A stretch of 63,166 nt of DNA, the filler included, from Octopus bimaculoides (taxonomy: Eukaryota): NCBI RefSeq assembly GCF_001194135.2. It is 4 parts of 3 records of this genome, joined end to end, with 100 filler letters (N's around TTAATTAATTAA, not from the genome) between each part and the next. Parts side by side here need not be neighbours in the genome. Positions count along the whole stretch, not along the records: positions 46,675 to 63,166 come from NC_068984.1; 3 more parts are not named here. One strand, written 5' to 3'. Shown here piece after piece: positions 59,248 to 63,166 of the stretch (the stretch's first letter is position 1; the number at the start of each line of letters is the position of its first letter). Made by a program: the position numbers and the translations under genes. Under the pieces are notes generated by a model. The model was given only the letters and a program-made list of their open reading frames with translations. It searched no databases and was not told the origin of the DNA.

Positions 59248-59571
59248 GTGGCACTTTGTCGGTTACGACGACGAGGGTTCCAGTTGATCCGATCAACGGA
59301 ACAGCCTGCTCGTGAAAATAACGTGTACCCTAAACGTAGTTCTCGTTACAGTGTGTGACTGAAATACAGGTACAACAGAAACAAGAAGAAAGGGTGACAG
59401 GAAGTTGTGGTGATAAAGTACAGTAGGGTTCGCCACCTGCTCCCTGCCAGAGCCTCGTGGAGCTCTATGTCTTTTCGCTCAATAAACACCAACAACGCCC
59501 GGTTTGGGAATTGAAACCACGATCCCACGACCGCGAGTCCGCTGCCCAACCACTGGACCATTGCGCCTTCA
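59248..59571 (-). mobile_element. SINE family C (internally deleted)
   Basis: Same consensus as 23966-24346 with deletions. Confidence 0.85.
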
Positions 59572-61519
59572 CGCAATATATATATATATATATGTATANN
59601 NNNNNNNNNNNNNNNNNNNNNNNNNNNNNNNNNNNNNNNNNNNNNNNNNNNNNNNNNNNNNNNNNNNNNNNNNNNNNNNNNNNNNNNNNNNNNNNNNNNN
59701 NNNNNNNNNNNNNNNNNNNNNNNNNNNNNNNNNNNNNNNNNNNNNNNNNNNNNNNNNNNNATATATATATATATATATATAACTGGTACTCCGTCGGTTA
59801 CGATGATGAGAACTCCAGTTAATCCCTCAATAGAGCACCCTGCTCGTCCAGAGACACGTGTACCTTTTACGTAGTGTTCAGGGAGATTCTTCGCTACACA
59901 GAATTACCCTAACAACCCACCTTCTATATGTATGTGTCCGTATGTGTGTGTGTGTGACTGTGTGTGAGAGAGAGGAATAGAAAAGAGGGGAGTTAGCGGA
60001 AGAGATAGAGAAGTATGAGTGTGATATGCGACGGACTCGGAGATAAAGAAGAAGATAAAATGTTTCTCTATATTAGCAGCATCAACAAAATATATCGACC
60101 AACACTTAAGACATTTTTATTCAAACTCTCGTTGCTTTAGTTGGTTTGTCCTGTCTAGACACAAATATTTTCTCAGCACTTAGGAGGATACCATTGGTTT
60201 ACAGCAATAACAACTTCCAAAGCATAGCGATAAACATACATTTATAGACACATGTATACTCATCAACACGCAGAGACCTAGACCAGCACCACACAGAAAT
60301 GTATGTATGTATGTATGTATGTATGTATATTCGATATTTCCTGTTAATTTCGAGTAAATTTTCACGAGTACCTTATTTTAGTCATCATCCTTTAAATCTT
60401 AAGAAGGTATCACCGATTTTTATCGTTATTGTTATTATTTGTAGCGTACGAATTAAGGATCTGCCTTCTGTCTAAGAGATCTTAAGTTCAGTCATGTCTT
60501 GTTTCAGACGTGTTAGTGTGTATCCTGTTGATCCAATAATGATAGGTATGAAGCTGAAAGCGTATCAAGGGTGGTGGATATATGGAAAAAATAAATATGT
60601 GTGTGTTTGTGTATGTGTAAATATATGCATATATATATATATATATATNNNNNNNNNNNNNNNNNNNNNNNNNNNNNNNNNNNNNNNNNNNNNNNNNNNN
60701 NNNNNNNNNNNNNNNNNNNNNNNNNNNNNNNNNNNNNNNNNNNNNNNNNNNNNNNNNNNNNNNNNNNNNNNNNNNNNNNNNNNNNNNNNNNNNNNNNNNN
60801 NNNNNNNNNNNNNNNNNNNNNNNNNNNNNNNNNNNNNNNNNNNNNNNNNNNNNNNNNNNNNNNNNNNNNNNNNNNNNNNNNNNNNNNNNNNNNNNNNNNN
60901 NNNNNNNNNNNNNNNNNNNNNNNNNNNNNNNNNNNNNNNNNNNNNNNNNNNNNNNNNNNNNNNNNNNNNNNNNNNNNNNNNNNNNNNNNNNNNNNNNNNN
61001 NNNNNNNNNNNNNNNNNNNNNNNNNNNNNNNNNNNNNNNNNNNNNNNNNNNNNNNNNNNNNNNNNNNNNNNNNNNNNNNNNNNNNNNNNNNNNNNNNNNN
61101 NNNNNNNNNNNNNNNNNNNNNNNNNNNNNNNNNNNNNNNNNNNNNNNNNNNNNNNNNNNNNNNNNNNNNNNNNNNNNNNNNNNNNNNNNNNNNNNNNNNN
61201 NNNNNNNNNNNNNNNNNNNNNNNNNNNNNNNNNNNNNAAAAAACAGACAGTGTTGGAACTCTTTTAAACAAAATAATATATATATATATATATATATGTG
61301 TGATCCCAATAGGCTTCATGCGATTCTTGGAAGTGTAGTCTATTCTTAGCTATAATAGCGACACAAATTTCTTCCATCTTCTTGCTCTGTTAAAATATTT
61401 GAGAAAAATTATATTAACGTGTCGGTTAAAATTCTATTGATGGTAGTAACGTCTGTTCGTACTGTACAGCCGTACTGAAGTGGCGACAAACATTACGTCT
61501 ATATATGTATGATTACACA

Positions 61520-61742
61520 TAAACACACACACAGAGGTACACACACACACAGAGGTACACACACACACACACACAGAGGTACACACACGCACAGAGGTAC
61601 ACACACACACACACACACAGAGGTACAAACACANNNNNNNNNNNNNNNNNNNNNNTACACACACACACACACACAGAGGTACACACACGCACAGAGGTAC
61701 ACACACACACACACACACAGAGGTACAAACACACACACAGAG

Positions 61743-61772
<30 letters not shown>
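61520..61772. repeat. (CA)n array periodically interrupted by GAGGTA
   Basis: Units CACACAC(n)AGAGGTA repeated about 8 times across a small gap. Confidence 0.9.
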
Positions 61773-61773
<1 letters not shown>

Positions 61774-62769
61774 ACCGTGTGTCTCTATGTGGGCGCGTGC
61801 GTGTGCGCATGTGTGCCAAGACTGTCTAAGTGTATTTATTTATATATATATACGTAAATAAATATCTGTATGTACATATAGCATGTATCAATATTTAAAA
61901 ATAGATATTTAATTATACATAAATATACATGCATTCATGCGTACATACACTGATGTACTGGTGTGTGCGTGTGTTTGTGTTTATTAGTGTGTTTGAGTGT
62001 GGGTGTGTTTGAGTGTGAGTGTAGTGTGTCCATGTGTGTGTATGTATACAGGGAGAGTGGGAGTTGTGAGAGAATGTCACAAGCAGGAAACGTGATTGTG
62101 ATCGATCAATCGATACACTATACTGAGACGTATATAGATCCATTAATATATATTGATATATATTCATTGATATACATACATTGATATACATACATACATA
62201 CATATACATGTATATATATATGTGTGTGTGTATATGTGTTTGTGTGTCTGTATGTATGCAAACACACACACACATGTATATACGTATATCTATCTATCTA
62301 TCTATATATAATTTATGTATATATATATATATATAAATGTATGTATAAAGAAAGAGAGCGAGAGCTAGAGAGATGAGGAGAGAGAAAGAAAGAGAGGGAA
62401 AAGAGAAAGATAGAAAACGAGTGTGAAAGAGAGAATCACAAAGAAAAGATCAATAAATATAAGAACTACGGGCCACTCCTCTGTGTTTATTATGAATCTC
62501 TGCTACTTTAATTGGTTGTGCAAATAATTGTTGCTGTCTTGGATATTAATGATGATAAGTTAGAGCAGTCGGAGGTAACCGTACATTGGTTATTGTTATA
62601 TTATTACAATCTGTGTGCATTTTCTCAAGAGAGTTGCTTGGATTCCAGAAATTTTTTTTTAGGTCCATTTGATTGCATCCCTAAATTTATCAAATGATTG
62701 TGGTGTAGGACGTAATTTTAGAGCATTCAAAAGACTATATATTAATGTTTAATATTTCTCGTCAATCAT

Positions 62770-62970
62770 TAAAGTAGTGAGATGGTAGAATCGTTAATCA
62801 CGCCGGTAAAAATGCTTAGCGGCATTTCCTCCGTCTTTGCGTTCCGATTTCAACTTCCACAGAGGTCGACTTTCGGGGTCAAGAAGATAAATGCCAGTTG
62901 AGCATTGGGACCAAATGTAATCGACTTATGCATCTTCCCCGAAATTACTGGCCTTGTGCCGAGACTTGAA
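62770..62970 (+). mobile_element. SINE family A
   Basis: GAGATGGTAGAATCGTTAATCACGCCGG...TACTGGCCTTGTGCCGAGACTTGAAA. Confidence 0.82.
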
Positions 62971-63166
62971 ACCGATATTACTCGTCAATCAAACTTGGGG
63001 AAGTTCTAAGTTAAAAATACACCAACTATGACTTGGATATATAGGGGTATGATGTATTAAGGTTTAAATGACATCGTACATTATATATATGCGCACTCTC
63101 TCTCTCTCACGCGCATGCATGCTAGAGGCATATATATATATAATATAATATATATATATATATATA

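Noticed and set aside
62512-62575. Cadherin-like VQIIVAVLDINDD motif
   Set aside because: Lacks the following N-x-P-x-F. An in-frame stop lies immediately upstream with no AG acceptor, and there are no other cadherin motifs. No protocadherin was called.

Overview
AT-rich, repeat-dense eukaryotic genomic DNA. The tRNA-derived SINE families, microsatellite load and TE mix suggest a coleoid cephalopod, most likely Octopus (inference from repeat content, not a database match). I could not identify any host protein-coding gene. Nearly all ORF-track entries are microsatellite read-throughs, N-gap artefacts or decayed TE frames. Three identical 100-bp linkers (44 N + TTAATTAATTAA + 44 N) split the window into four joined scaffolds. 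Well-supported content: two R4/Dong-like RLE retrotransposon copies in (TAA)n, an RTE LINE ending in three decayed C2H2 fingers, an L1/Tx1-like RT fragment with an inverted duplication, several mariner copies, a maT/DD37D transposase with its halves in permuted order, three hAT MITEs, two non-autonomous Helitrons and many SINEs. The most interesting signals are hammerhead-ribozyme motifs of Penelope/retrozyme type. One at 11434-11503 looks intact and is flanked by two long hairpins; a triad at 20.9-21.7 kb has one inverted and two tandem copies. Also notable: a 62-bp A/B-alternating hairpin minisatellite inside a SINE, a CpG-decay step near 15.9 kb, and a set of unidentified minus-strand candidate exons. 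All alignments, translations and folds were done by eye; coordinates of decayed elements are approximate.
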